Assembly: GCA_012295275.1 (NCBI GenBank)
Contig: CM022672.1
Location: forward strand, 27,962,001 to 28,026,000
Length of the DNA stretch: 64,000 bases
DNA from: Chrysomallon squamiferum
Taxonomy: Eukaryota; Animalia; Mollusca
Direction: 5' to 3'
Position numbers and translations under genes: made by a program. How positions within the stretch are numbered: the stretch's first letter is position 1; each line of letters opens with the position of its first letter. Shown here piece after piece: positions 31,284-45,400 of the stretch. The notes under the pieces are model-generated. The model was not told the origin of the DNA. It saw only the letters and a program-made list of their open reading frames with translations, and did not search any database.

Positions 31284-34200
31284 ATATTAGTGAACATCTA
31301 GGTAAATTTTGTTATTATCTATATTTTTAATAACCATTTTTTAACATTATGCTTTATTTATTTATCTTCTTGTTTTTGTTTTTTAAGAGAAAATCAGCTT
31401 TGATTTCTTTAATATTATAACCATTATGGGGTCCATAATAATAGTAGTATATATATTAAGACCAATATAATAATGTTTAGAATCCTCTTTATCCTCTTTA
31501 AAATTATAACATGTTTGTGTTTCATTAAGAAAGACACACTGGATATTCATTGCTTATTTTTAAACAGAGAAATATTAAGACAACACTTAACTGATAGAAC
31601 CTGACTTGACTGTAACAGCTAAACACAAAGTACCAGTATCCTGATAGACTGCTAAGTAGCCAAAACTAATCAACATTCTACTTGTGTAGAATTGTGTATT
31701 TTACCCACTTAAAGCCAGTTTTAAGCTATCTGTCAGCATTCAAAAGGTTAATGAATGAAAGGTTTTTTGGTTAACAGTAATTCATAAATTTTATATTAAT
31801 GATTATTGTTGTAGATAATTTTTATTAATTAAATTAGTTAATATAAAACCATACAATTTATAAATAATGCAAAAGATATGTAAATTACTTCAGTTTAATT
31901 TTTATTACGAAATAATAATGATGATGATGATGATTACCATCATAATCCTGATCATTAACATCCACATTATCACCATTATCATCAACATCAGCATTACCAT
32001 TATTATCATCACAAAACATTAATATCTAACTGATAATGTTGACATTTTATTTAGTTTACTAGCATTCCTATGATATAATCAAGGTCAGCCATGTAACAGC
32101 ATTAGTTTCTAATTAGTTTCATAAGGACTAATTACTGTGTTAAAATGAAAATTAGTCACCTAATATGTCTATAAATGATGGATTTTTTTTTGTTATAATA
32201 TGACAGATTTTTTTTTTTTTTTTTTAATATAAATTAATTATGTTGTCAGCAAAAATAAATAATCATTTCTTAGATAATTAGTATCACTCAGTATCATGAT
32301 GATAAACTTTTTGCATAAGGATTTTACTATAATCAATAAAATTATCTATATTTGGTACATTATTTTAATAATAATACATTATCATGATTAATGACCAAAG
32401 ACTAAGTTGTTTAAATTAATTGTCATGGCATTTTTTTTAGTAATAAATATCCTGTATATTTACTTTCGTGGAAATGAGTGTGTGTGTAAAATCAATTTCA
32501 AAATGCATTACATATGCTGTAAATGAAAATCCAAAAATCAGCATTGGGATAAAATTTTGTTTAATTGGTGTTCAAGTTCTGTACAGATGAATGTATGTAT
32601 TTTTAGTGTGTATTTTGTTATGACATATATATCAATTTATAAATAACATTAGTAAAGCAGACATTTAAAATAAATCTGTATAATTGTTGTTTGCTTACTA
32701 TGTTTATAAAAGTAAATATATAAATACTATTAATAATAAATTTACAGGAATAAAAAGGTTTTCATAAACAGCATCTTTGTATAATAAAAATACTGATGTT
32801 ATTAAATAAAGAAAACCAGTTAAATCACTGACAGTTTAAATCTGTACTTAGAAAATTAATTTTAACTCTTTCTAACAATTATTTCAATCCAAACATATTT
32901 GATCGTTTACATTAACTTAAACTGATTTGTGTATATATTTTTCAAAGATTAATTATTAAAAATTAATATTATCTAATGTTATTTAATGACTGCTTGTATT
33001 TTATAGATGCATGGTGAATAACTAGCTTTTTAATAATAGTAATAATAACAACAGTAATAAAAAACAAATTAAAAACAGAAGCAAAACTTAGATGGTATTG
33101 ATTAAGTTTGTAACCATACGACATGGTTCTAATCTGTGCAGAAATTACCATTATTTCATCAACAGATCTCTTACCTATGACAACTGACTATTGATTCTGT
33201 AGCTTTTGTGATAAATGCATATGTACATAGAGTGAGTTGGTCTGTTACTATCTGCCCAGGTGATAAATTTTGCTAAATAAACAATGTCAAATTACCTTGA
33301 GTGTTCCAAACCATATATTATGTGACTTAAGATATACTTGAGTTTGTATTTGGTATCTTTACATTCCTAAATATTAAAGTCTGTACATTATTTAAATCAT
33401 AGTTCGAATATATTATTGCAACTGTTTTTCTTAAAAGCATATTTTTTGTTATATTTTATTGTATTCATTATAATACTTTGTAATATTGTTGTCTTCTTTG
33501 TGCAAAAATCTTTTAATTGTACAGAATTGTTTTTCTACCTGGTTTTTTGTTTTGCATTTTAATAATTTCTTTAACCCTTTTATACCCATGACAAATTGGC
33601 AAGAATTCAGAAAAATCAGTTGTTTATATGAGTAATACAGCATTGTTTAAAAGCATTTTTGAAGTTAATAGAAATATTAACTAATAAAAAATATATATTA
33701 GTTTTAATCCATGCTTGCCAGTGTTAACCCTTTAATCCCCAATGTAGTAAATGAATGCATACCTTAAAAAAATACAAATGTTTTGAAATCATTTTCAATT
33801 TTCCAGTGAGCAAGTGTTGAAATGTGAAACACACACATATACTCAGACACCCTCAGATGTATGTTTGTATGTTTTTCACCATATACTGATTGGAAAATTA
33901 ATAAGATTTAAAAACAGTTTTGAAGTTACAAAGGGTTTTTGTTAACATGCATCAAATAAAACTTATTTTTCAGACAAGGTTTAGAAAACTTGTAATTATG
34001 CTTCGTGCAAAAATGTGTTCCTAATTATCTTGTGATCCTTTCAGATTTTTGTGTAGGACTGAATAAACAATAAAATCTTCATTAATATTTATTGGTGATT
34101 TTTTTTATTTTTTTTACTGAATTGCATTTGGGCTAAGATTTTGGATGAAATAACTGGACCTAATTTGTTAATCTTATTTGTATAACACTATCAATTATAT

Positions 34201-34725
34201 AACCACTTTTAAACAACTGTGAGAAACTGTCCCTTATATTAAATCACAGCTGTATTTTATTTTAACTGTATTTTAATTAAAAACTAAATATTTTTTATAC
34301 TAATACTTATAATAAATTACTAGACTACACATCATAATAAAATTGACTATTTCGTGAGTAAAAACCATTTAGATTATGGGTTTAAAAAAATATATATTTC
34401 TTTAATGTGTATCATTATTATAAGAAATATTTTCTTACATAATTTGAGGAATATAAATAAGTTATTTTTCAGAAGTGTTAAATTATTTAAAAGGATTACT
34501 ATGGGAATGATATTTGAAAAAAAAAAAAAAAAAAAAAAAAAAAAGAAAAAAAGAGTTCATATCTGGGAAATGGGTTAATATTTTCAAACTATGCTATATG
34601 TTGTTTAGTGAAATAAGCTATTTAGAGAGTTCTTAAGAGAAAATTAAAACTCCTGTGTTCAAACTGATTCTGTTACATATGTTGTTCTTCTTGTGATTTT
34701 ATTTTATAATTTATATATATATATA

Positions 34726-34759
<34 letters not shown>

Positions 34760-35189
34760 TTTGTCTTTAAGAAAGTTAATTCGGAAAATATTTTAATTTC
34801 ACTCTTTGTCTGAGTAACTTGACCCGAACTTGCAACAAATAAAGCTAATGGTTCCTGCAGACCGTCTCTGTGCAAAGTGCCTTTATATTTCCCTTGTTCA
34901 GAAACAATGCGTACGTTGTAACCTGGTAAGACGTAACCTTTTCCTGTCAGTGTATAATGATAAATAGAAAATCTAAGCCGCTGTAGAAGTTGGAAATCAT
35001 TAAATAAATATTAAATAAATTCTTAATGACTTACAGATAAAAGATTGTTAGAATTATTATTAAATTATTCACTTTACTGCAGTCGTAATATCTTCTTTTC
35101 CTGTTTTATGTACCTGTGTGTGTGTGTGTGTGTGTGTATACATGTATGTGTGTGTGTGTGTGATGTAAAACTTTAAAAAAGAAATCCCA

Positions 35190-36400
35190 TTTCACGCTAT
35201 CATAAGATTTCATTTGATCTAAAGAAAGTATAAACCCGGGTAGTTTAACTTGTCCTGTTAAATCTGTCATCAGTGATTCTCCGTCGTGAATTGATCTGCT
35301 TTTAACTGAACATTTCTGATTTAGGAGAATAATGTTTGGTAAAAATTATTTAAATCCTAGGAGCCAAACCTTTTATGATGATTTTATAATTGCAGTTTAA
35401 TAAAGAAATAGGTCGCCAGTTTTTAAGAAGTTGTTTACGTTACCTTTCCATATCAAAATAATTATACCACGAAGCATGGTGAAAGTTAGTTTTCCCTTAT
35501 TAAGCGCGTCATTGATTACAACTGCCGGATCACTACCAATTCAGCAAAAAAGAAATTCTGGTAGAATTTGGCAGTCAAGCCATCACAATCGCCGATGAGA
35601 TATCATCAAGAGTTATTTCCCTGTTGTACTCCTTTCCGTCTTGATGACCTTGTCATTTTGTCTAATAAATAATGTTGTGACGAAACGTCCGTCTTCAGAT
35701 GTGTATAATGTTTTGCAGAATTTAGTAGTTCCATTTAAAATTTCTTGTTTGTTAGTTACTGTTTCGTCTTCGGTTATTAATGGTTTTTTGTTTTTAACAA
35801 AATAAGAAATATATTTTTCATCTTGATCAGTTTCATCAACCTTGGCCCTAAAGCTGTATCCTAACAAGACGCGATCGTAGCGACAAAATCAGTTTTGAAA
35901 CACTAATCCACCGCCAAAGACAAGTTAAACCTGTCAGGGTATATGTATGCAAAGCTACTTTCCCCTCACCCCGGGTAGGACTGGGCCTTCCAAGAAGCTT
36001 ATACGTGCATGTTATTAATAAAACGCACACATTACTCACTAGGTAAACTTTTTCCAGTATTTCGTTGACAAAAAACAGTTACAAAGTACTGGAAACTTCT
36101 GAACGAGATGGGTGAGTTATTCATCTTCCAGTTTCATTTATTGGGGAATTAATTTTGTTTGTGATTGGTTGATATAGTTTAGACGCTCGTGACGCGCGAC
36201 AAAAAATAGAAACAATTCCTATCGGTATTTTGTCACGCGTTCTACCAGCTAAAACTCGTGTAGTATGCGCCCGGTTAGGATACAGCGTTAGGATGCACTA
36301 TTAAAATGCACGAGGACGTCGACTGTTGGTGATCGATCAGTGACATTTACAGAAAAGGTGCTTGTTTTCCGTCATCCGGCTGATGAAAGATGTTTTGTTA
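35190..36400 (-). mobile_element. L1/Tx1-type non-LTR retrotransposon ORF2 remnant, interrupted by a MITE
   Basis: Degenerate RT-proximal motifs on the minus strand: CILRAK..EKYISYF, DGLTAKFYQ, and LKNWRPISLLNCNYKIIIKGLAPRI at about 35430-35355. Many stops and frameshifts. Boundaries are approximate. Confidence 0.8.
35852..36287. mobile_element. Non-autonomous TIR element (PIF/Harbinger-like MITE), about 435 bp
   Basis: Perfect 13-bp inverted repeats GCTGTATCCTAAC (35853-35865) and GTTAGGATACAGC (36274-36286), flanked by TAA and TTA. Removing the element rejoins the L1 reading CIL|RAK. Confidence 0.7.
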
Positions 36401-38204
36401 TTTTGAGTGCGAAATTGATTTCTCAAATAATACTCATATCGCCTTCTTGTTTATAAACTTGCAGTTTATAATTAGAGCAAGAAATGTGTATGGTCTGTTG
36501 AAAAATGAGCAGTTGGTGCATAAGTGAAATTGATGACGGTTACTCTTAAGAAAAGGTCGTTACCAATCAAATAATAAAAATTATTATGTTAAAACTTACA
36601 CAGAGTTAGCTGAAATAATATACACATGACTGCACAGTTTGATATGTTTATATGCAAGCATATTAACATTAAGCCGACATGCAAGTGTGTTACTGCTAAA
36701 AAGTGAGAATTTTGCTATGAACGGAGAATTGCTGATTATTATGTACGGATTGTTGCTGAACTTGTGTAGTGTTGTTTATCAACATTTTACTTTTTTGGTG
36801 CAATATCAGTCAGTATAAAGTAAGGTTACTTTTGTAAAATAATGTTACATTATATAATTATATACAGGCACTATCTTCAGTTCAATAAATGCTATTCTGC
36901 CAATTACAATTTTATAATTAATTTTATTTAAATTTTATACAGACTTGTCTAATTCTCAATAGGTTTCATTCACATAGTAACAAAATTTAATTTTATATTA
37001 CAGATGACATGAATATATCAGAGACAGGTGGACTTCTGGGGAGTTTCCTGGATGAATCAGAGCATCTAGGATTTTCCACATCGACAGCTTTAAAGCCTCC
37101 ACCAGTTAAAGAAATCAGATTTCTCATTCTCTTGCACATAGCTGATACCTACACTTGACCTTCAGTTGAACGTGCCATCTTCCAGGTCCATATCAACAGA
37201 TAGCTTGGGGAATTTTCGATCAGTTCACCCACTCATTGAAGAACATTTATTTTAGATTGCTGTGGATCAAACTCACCTCTCAGGTTATCAGCTGTTGATC
37301 ATAGTTGATCAGTCTGAGAATGTGTATGTTCTCCAGAATAACTAATATGGAGTTACAGGGTTTTGCATCAGTTTTATGACAGGTATCTACAGGAGAATGC
37401 AGTTTTTTTCTTTGATTTTGGGGAAGTGAATGCTTTGATATGTCACCCTGCAGGACATTTCACAAAGATGTTGTTTCCTTATTTATAACTGTTTAATACA
37501 ATGCTTCTGGTTAGTGTACTTCAAAATATCATGGAAGGTATCTTGTTTCTCTATGCAATAATAACACTGATACATTGTGCATTATGAAGCCTGAAAAGAA
37601 AAGAAAAAGTACTACTGCTATTTAATGTTTTATAAACATTATGAAATAGTCATAGTGGTCCTTTGTGTAAATTGCATCAGACCAGCCAATTAAATCAGTT
37701 ACTTTTGTGGTATGTTCTCAAAGGACAAAATATTGATCACCAACAATCCACACTCCAAAAAATACAGTAACACTCCATATACTTCATTCACCAAGATGAT
37801 ATTTATGGATCCTATCATAAAGATTGCCAAATTAACAAGCACAAAATTTTACAAGTATGTATAACTAATTATTCTCGTTAATATGTACACACAAATTTGT
37901 TTTTAATATTAAATGCATTAATAATTAAACTGAATAATATAACATACGGGTTTGCATGAAATTATGACCACCACCTGATTCTCAGTGGCCATTCTTTAAC
38001 TACAATAAACAGATTTTTGAAAAATGCTGTAAGATCGAACTTGAAGTAGGTGATAAAATTATTTCATTTATTCTTTATATTATAATTTTTTTTTTTTTTT
38101 TAATTATTACATAAAATCTTATTACATTTAATATTTAAAAAAAAAAGAAGAAAAAAAGAAAAAAAAAGCATAACGTAAAGAATAATTGCACATACAATAT
38201 ACAT

Positions 38205-38745
38205 CCCAAAAGTGTCCTTGCCCCTTTCTAATCACTAATACATCTCCATTTTTCATTTTCATTTTTATTAAAGATATACACATCCACTATACATTAAAAA
38301 CCCCACACTTTCCTTGTTATTCAATAATTCATAAATATCCATTTTTATTCTTTTTATTAAAAATCTTAAATATAATAACAGAACATTTCATTTTTTTTTT
38401 TTGTCTTAGACTACAATAAAAAATGAAATTAAGATCTTATATGTACAATATACCAAAAATATCCATAGATATGTGATGTTCAAAATCTCATTAAAAAAAT
38501 TAAAAATTAAAATATTTAAAATAGGTATTTTTAATATAAATATATTGTATTATTTAAGATACTAAATGTAATGATAAAAAAATTATGTATTCAAAATTTA
38601 ATATACAAATTTCAAAATAACAACCCCAAAAAAAGTATAATATAAAAAATTAAATACACATTTACAATAAATCCAAAAACAGACTTTCCCCACTTTTGTT
38701 CACTAATACATAAATCTCCATTTTATTTTTTCTTAAAGATCATAG
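38205..38745. repeat. Three degenerate copies of a ~70-bp AT-rich unit
   Basis: A CACTAATACAT(AAAT)CTCCATTTT..TTTTT..TTAAAGAT-like core recurs near 38230, 38320 and 38700. Confidence 0.5.
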
Positions 38746-39454
38746 ATATAATAATAAAGTAATATAACAATATAAATTTTGATTATCTATCTATCTTTAA
38801 CATATATATGAGATTCATATAATAATATACTTTTTTAGTAAGATATTTAAAATGATGATGATAATATCTCAGAGTATGTATGGGCGGAAGAGGGTAACCG
38901 GTCAGATGTCATGCAATGTAATTTTGAGTTACAGCCTCTTAATGCAGTCCAATGCATTAGTAGGTCAATTTTGTTTTCACCATAAATTGTTTTAGAACAT
39001 TTCAACTTTCTATACATGTTTTTTGATTTCTCAGCTTTATACTAATTCCAAATCTTAAAACACTGTTTTCTCAGAGAAATGTTTTGTGAAAAGACTTAAT
39101 TCTGTGATATGAAATTTTAATAATTCTGAAAGTTTTAATCCAATTTTGATAATTCAAAAAATATTTTGATCTGTAGAATGTGGTTTATAAAATCTGAGTT
39201 TTGATATGTTTCACCACGAGACTGGTTATCCTATGCCACCATACATTTATTATGTTTTTATGGGTTTGTGATAACACAAGGATAACTGAGAGATGTCATT
39301 TCTAATGATCTTTTATAAATATGCTCTTCTCAGTTTTGATCTTCTAGAAGAAATTTCAGGTGACATTATAAAACTTTATTCTTCTCTTTTTCTGGATTTT
39401 CTAAGCGACATTTTCAGTAATTTTTTAACAGTTTCTTTTCAAATCCATTTTTCT

Positions 39455-42400
39455 CTATTTTTTTCTCAATTTTCTAGATGATTTTCTTGATGAATGCATA
39501 ACAATATTATTATTTTTAACATCATGAACGTTGGTGAAATTGTCTGGCTGTTTAGATGTTTCTGTATCCATCTCCAATAAATGTTTCTTCTGTAGCTCCT
39601 TTTTAAACATTTGTACTTTGTTAAATAATGTTTCTATATTTACCATCAAAGGGTCATCATTTGATAAACCTCTTAAAATTTCATTTACCATAATCTGAAG
39701 AAAATTTTTTTTTGCTGCTGTTACTGTTAGAGAATCAAAATTATTAGATATTTAGTATTTTGATCAGCTAATAGCAAAATATATATTATTCACAAATTCA
39801 TTGACATTAAAGTAATTTTCTTCAATTATATTTCATGAGAAGAATTTTTTATTTATTTTCATGTAAGATAAAATAAAATCTGTTGATATCTGTATATTGT
39901 TAAACATAAGTATCATATATTTTTATTTGTTTCAGTCTGCAATTTGGAATACAACAGGTAAAAAGTAAGTAAAGACTAATTTGAAATGTTACTTGCTTCA
40001 TATGGTACTTTGGAGAAATCAAGTGTAACATCTTTTTGAGGAGATATCTGAAAAATAAAACAGAATAACCATATAAAGAATTTTGACTAAAAAAACTTTT
40101 GTGCATGTGTGTGTCTGTGTGTGGTGGGGGGTTTGTGCATGATTGCATATATGTGCATCTATACATAAAGATTTTAGTAATTTGAAATATCACATACTTC
40201 AGTTTTGAAACAGTTGTAGCTACAGCACTGATATCATTGGCATCAGAACATTCTAGCTCTGCTTTTCCCATTAATTTTGTCTCAAAATGAGTAACTTGAG
40301 ATTTAAGATTTTCAAGACCAATGGCCTTGTACAATGTGCTGCCTGTTAGGGGCACTTTTACATTTGAACCATAGTGGACTCCTCTATTTAATAAACTTGC
40401 TCTAGACATTTGACTGGCATTGGCTTTGTGCAACCATATTTTCATCAAATCCAACCAAGCAAAAAAAGCTGTCTTGCATGTCAAGATCAATAACTATTTA
40501 TATTTAAGCTATGTTAGCTGAACACAAAATACAATTACCAACAAAGTTGTCTAATAATGGCCACCATCCACAGTCCCACATGTTCCCTCTGTTTGTTCTC
40601 TGTGGTCTCCCTTGCCTCCCCTTTGTTTTTTACTTAAATATATTGCGGACTTCCCTGAAGTCAGCAGAGTATAGTGGACAAAAATTCCTTTTGTCTCTTG
40701 CTAGTGACTGTTAATTTCTATGCAATTTCAGTAATTTGATTACTGTTAACTAACTACATATTTAATTAATACATACTGTTAGCAATATTTGTAGAAATGA
40801 ATGGGTAACGTATTTACTTACTTTAATGATACATACAGGTATTTACGAGATGTTAGGCTGTATTAAAGTAAGCTATTTAGGTAAATAATCAATATGTTAC
40901 TGACATTTTCAAGAACTGTACCTTATAGCACAACAATATAAAATTATATAATAATTAAAAAATAGCTACCAGTGAATTCTACAAGTAGGTATAACTTATT
41001 AAGGAAGTTAGGACCTATTTTCTAAGTTAAAGAAACACAGAAAAGAGAACAACTAAATAGCACTGAGAAAACTTTCCACTGATTGATCAAGGCCCTATTA
41101 GGGTATGTTTAAGGGCCCTACTGTGTGGGATACAAAAACGGTTTACCATCATATACATACACAACTAGAATAGTATCAGTGAAATATGGATAATGCACAC
41201 AAAAAATCATAACATGCTGATAAATAACAAAAATTTTGTTTAAACAAGGAATAATAGTTACTCACTTCTGCCTCTTGGTCATTCTGGTCATATAGCATGG
41301 GATATGAAACCTACAGAAATATTCAACATAAAACTTATTAAGTAACTGTTTGATGTACTCTATTTGCCCACTCTATTTATATTTAAGGAAATGTCCTTAT
41401 TTTAACAATGATAATAACAACGATAGCAACAAACACCAGCAACATATCAAATCCTAATTCAGACAAGAAAACTAACTTTCTGCATTTATTTTATACACAT
41501 GAACATATTAAACAGTGCAAAACATTTCACACTCACATCTCTATCTTTAATGATTTCCCAGTTTTTGCCATGATCTTTGGGCTGATAATCTGAATTGTTG
41601 TCATTCTTACTAAAAAAATATGCTTCTCCTGTCTTTGCATTTGTAATGTTTTTCTTCCTCTTTCTTATTAGAGCTGAGGCATTTATGTTATAAATATGCT
41701 TGAAAAACTTTCTGGGCGAGAACTGGTTTACCCAACTTTTCATGACAAGCTAGAGAATAAAATTAATAAATAAATTTCAAGGAAATCAGCCATTTTAGTA
41801 TAAAAAGAAAGAAATTTAATTAATTATATCTTAATAAAAAATTTAAATTTTAAATACTTTTAGTAGCATATCGCTTTTTATATCTTTTTCATTTGGTATA
41901 AAGGTATATACAGTGGTACCTTTACTTTAATTAGTTTTGTGACCAAGCTCATAACTAAGTTTGCTCATATAACAAATGAATTTTCCCAAATGAAATTAAT
42001 TGAAATACCATTCCAGCCCCCCAAAACCACCATATTTTTTGTAATGTGTTTTCAAATAAGAAAAATGTATGTATAAATGACAACTATTTTATAAAAACAA
42101 AAGAGAATGTAAAGAAATAAATTGGTTTTGTAAAGTGTACAGGGTTAGGGTTTCTCCCTCTTTTCATGGACAGAGGACTGCAGCTTAGAAATTATTTTAC
42201 TTTGGCTGGAGTTATAGCCTTTATCAACTCCTTCTGTTGCAGTATGGTTCATATCGTAAAAGTACTACGCTTGTACCGCCTAGCCATGTTGACTACACGC
42301 ACACCTCGCTCATTTTTTTCTATGATTTCATGCTTTAATTCAATGGACATCATCCACTTCTTCTCAGCACTGTCGTTTGCACTTATTTTCTTAGGATTCA

Positions 42401-45400
42401 TGGGAAGATATTGTGCTGTTCTTTGCTCCAACTAGCAGTAGTGTACCTGAAGCTTGCTCAGAACTTTGATTTTGGCTCACAACTGAAAGCAAGTAATCAA
42501 CCAGGCGACTGCTCATAACTCAGAAAACTCATAAGTTGGAGCACTCATAAGTCGAGGTACCACTGTATATCTACATTATGAATTTAATATATATAAATAC
42601 TAACATATACACACACACACATATATATATATAAGTGAAAGTATCACAATAAAATATACATTTTTAACTGATTTATTTAGCTTACGTTTTTCTGTTTATT
42701 TACCTTCTTGACCAAAATTATAATAACAATTGTAATCAGAACAAAATGACAAATGACAAGAATTAACATCAGAAATAGCAAGTTTTCTTTGTCTTCTTCC
42801 TGAAAATAAAAAGGTTTTTTTCATGATTCAAGACCTGAAGTTTAGTCTAAAGGTTAGGATCAGCTTTAGATTTATTTTTAAGATTTAAAATATAGTTGGA
42901 ACTTGTTTATTGTATTGAAATTGCTTGATACTGTAATTCAGAATCATGGGCCAAGATTGGAAAATATGCAGCTGAACATGGAACTATTTGCACTTCAAAA
43001 CATTTGACTAATTTGCCAAATGATGGCCTTGAAAATGAAAACTTCATAAGGGTAATTCCGTGTCAAATCACCCCCCCCCCAAAATAATATTTTAAACACG
43101 ACTAACTCAGATTTTTATTTCAATGGTATACTTGTTGATTGGAATCCAACAGCACCAAATCCAAAATTTGAGGCCAATTGGACCAGTGATTTGGGAGATA
43201 TTGCCTCCCGCCCCCGAAATCTGATTTTAAAGAAGGTTGGGGTACACTGACCTTTTGACTGTTGTTATGACCTTGAAATTGACCTTTGGATCGCACGGCT
43301 TTGAGATGACCTTTCTTGAAATTTAATCTTCCACATGTTAACTAAAACATATAAAAGTTTCAGAGGTGTAATATTCTTTGTTTAGCAGCAATACACATTC
43401 AAAAATTGCATTGTCCATGAAAATAACACCTTTTCTGCCATTAACATCTGATTAGCCAAAACCTGGATCACCAATTCCTGATGCTAGAAATCACCATCTC
43501 TCTTGATCACCTACATGCTATGATCATATGATATCAAACAACTTCCCTCATTGCCTTCTCACCAGTTCGGCAGTCAAAAAATCATTTGGTCACCCACTTC
43601 TCCATAGTCTTTTTACACAGAGAGTACATCCATCAAGTAGATGCAACAGAAGGTGTATCAATGACACAGAAGATGCCCCCTTCATTAATCCAACAAATGT
43701 CTTCTTCATTTGGCCAGTGAAATAACTTAAAAGGTCAATGAGGGAGCATGAAATGAATGAAAAAGTCTCCAAGCTCTTCTGAAATGTCCTCAACTAGCCC
43801 AACCCAAGCCTCATTGTCATATAGATAACAAACATAGTTATGTTTCTTGGCTCCTTTGGTATCTCTTCATATCATCTTCAGAATCCTGGACAGGTACTAG
43901 TTCTAGTGGGCAACTCTGCAGGCTCAGTTTGTAGGCATGCCTCTTTCACTTAGACACTGGAACTAACCAGTGAAATTGCTGGGTTCCCTTGACCGTTTTG
44001 GCTACTTGAAACCTCCTTTGTAGTTCCAACTCATGTGTTCTGGTTTGATGTTGAAAAAGTGAATATCTGGAATACTCTTGATGCAGAAGTCCATGATAGC
44101 CTCACTGGTCAGGATTGGGTCTGTGTAGGGACACTACAAACTGGCCTTTGTCAGCAACCTCGTCACCATCCCCCCCAATTCCATCACAGGCACTTTTGCC
44201 ATGGCTTGTCGCAAAAAAGTTCCATTCACTTCCAACCCAAGTCCTCTTCATGATGACACAGGTTAACAAAATTGTTCTTATGTTTATGCAGTCAAACACA
44301 GCCATCAGAATTACTTTAAAATATAGTGGTCATATACTAGTAAATGTACCACTATTCTTATTATTAGATGTAATAGTAGTTGAAGTAATAATTGTAAAAG
44401 TTATAGTTGTAGAAGTATTTGTATTCTAATAGTAGTACTAGTATTATTACTACTACTGCCAGTAATAATAATAATGATGATGATGATGATAACCATAACA
44501 ATGATAATAATAATCATAACGACAATTAAAGCAATATTAGTAGTAGTTGAAATCATGGAAGTAGTCTCTTAGATGTAGTAGTAGTAGTGGCAATAGGTAG
44601 TAGGAGATTATAATAGTAATGTAGAGAGTAGTAATGTACTAGAAAAAGAGCTAGTAGTAGAAGAAGTAGTATCAGTAGAAGTAGCAAAATAAGAAATAGC
44701 TATTGTAGTTGTTGTTGATATAATGGTGATGCTAGTAGTAGTAGAGGTAGTAACAATATTTGTGATAATAAAATAGCAGTAGTGGCAATGATGGTGACAG
44801 TAGTAGTTGTTCTAATAATAAAAGTAGTAATAGCACCATATATAAGATAAGTATGGTAGAAATACTGGTGGTGATAGTAACAGTAGTAGGAGCCTAGAGG
44901 GAGTTACAATAGTAATAGCAGTACTAGAAGTAACTACTAGTACCAAACGTTGTAGCATCACTGATAACACTGTCAGTAGAAGAAATTGTAGTATTAGTAG
45001 AAATAGTTAGGAACAAAGGGTAGTGGGAACAGACAGAGTAGTAGAAACTCAATGGGGATTTCAAGGAATTCCTGACATGCCTGAAGCCACACTTTCTGTT
45101 AACCCTTTGGGCCTGATTGTGTAGAACATGTCGTGCTATTTGGCATCTGTTCATATCCTTCAGGCATTCCGTCAGACATGTCAGGTGGATTTTGACTCCA
45201 TAGATAAGTTTTTGGTCTCAAAGAAGTATATACATGTAGAAAATGTACATTGTAATGCACTGTATCAATCATCTGCAGGTATGCATTTTTTAAGTCTACA
45301 TTTTGGCTAAAAAAAAAAAAAAAATTACACCTCTGAAACTTTTATGTTTTAGTTAACATGTGGGAGATTAAATTTCAAGAAAGGTCATCTCAAGGCCTTG

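Noticed and set aside
34860-37100. Plus-strand spliced transcript (donor near 34925, acceptor near 37003)
   Set aside because: Only isolated splice-like motifs are present, the nearby ATG is followed by a stop after 4 codons, and no coding support exists.
40539-40708. Extra exon of the orphan membrane gene
   Set aside because: It has splice-like ends but contains an in-frame TAA and would leave a 45-nt intron. The model is open without it.
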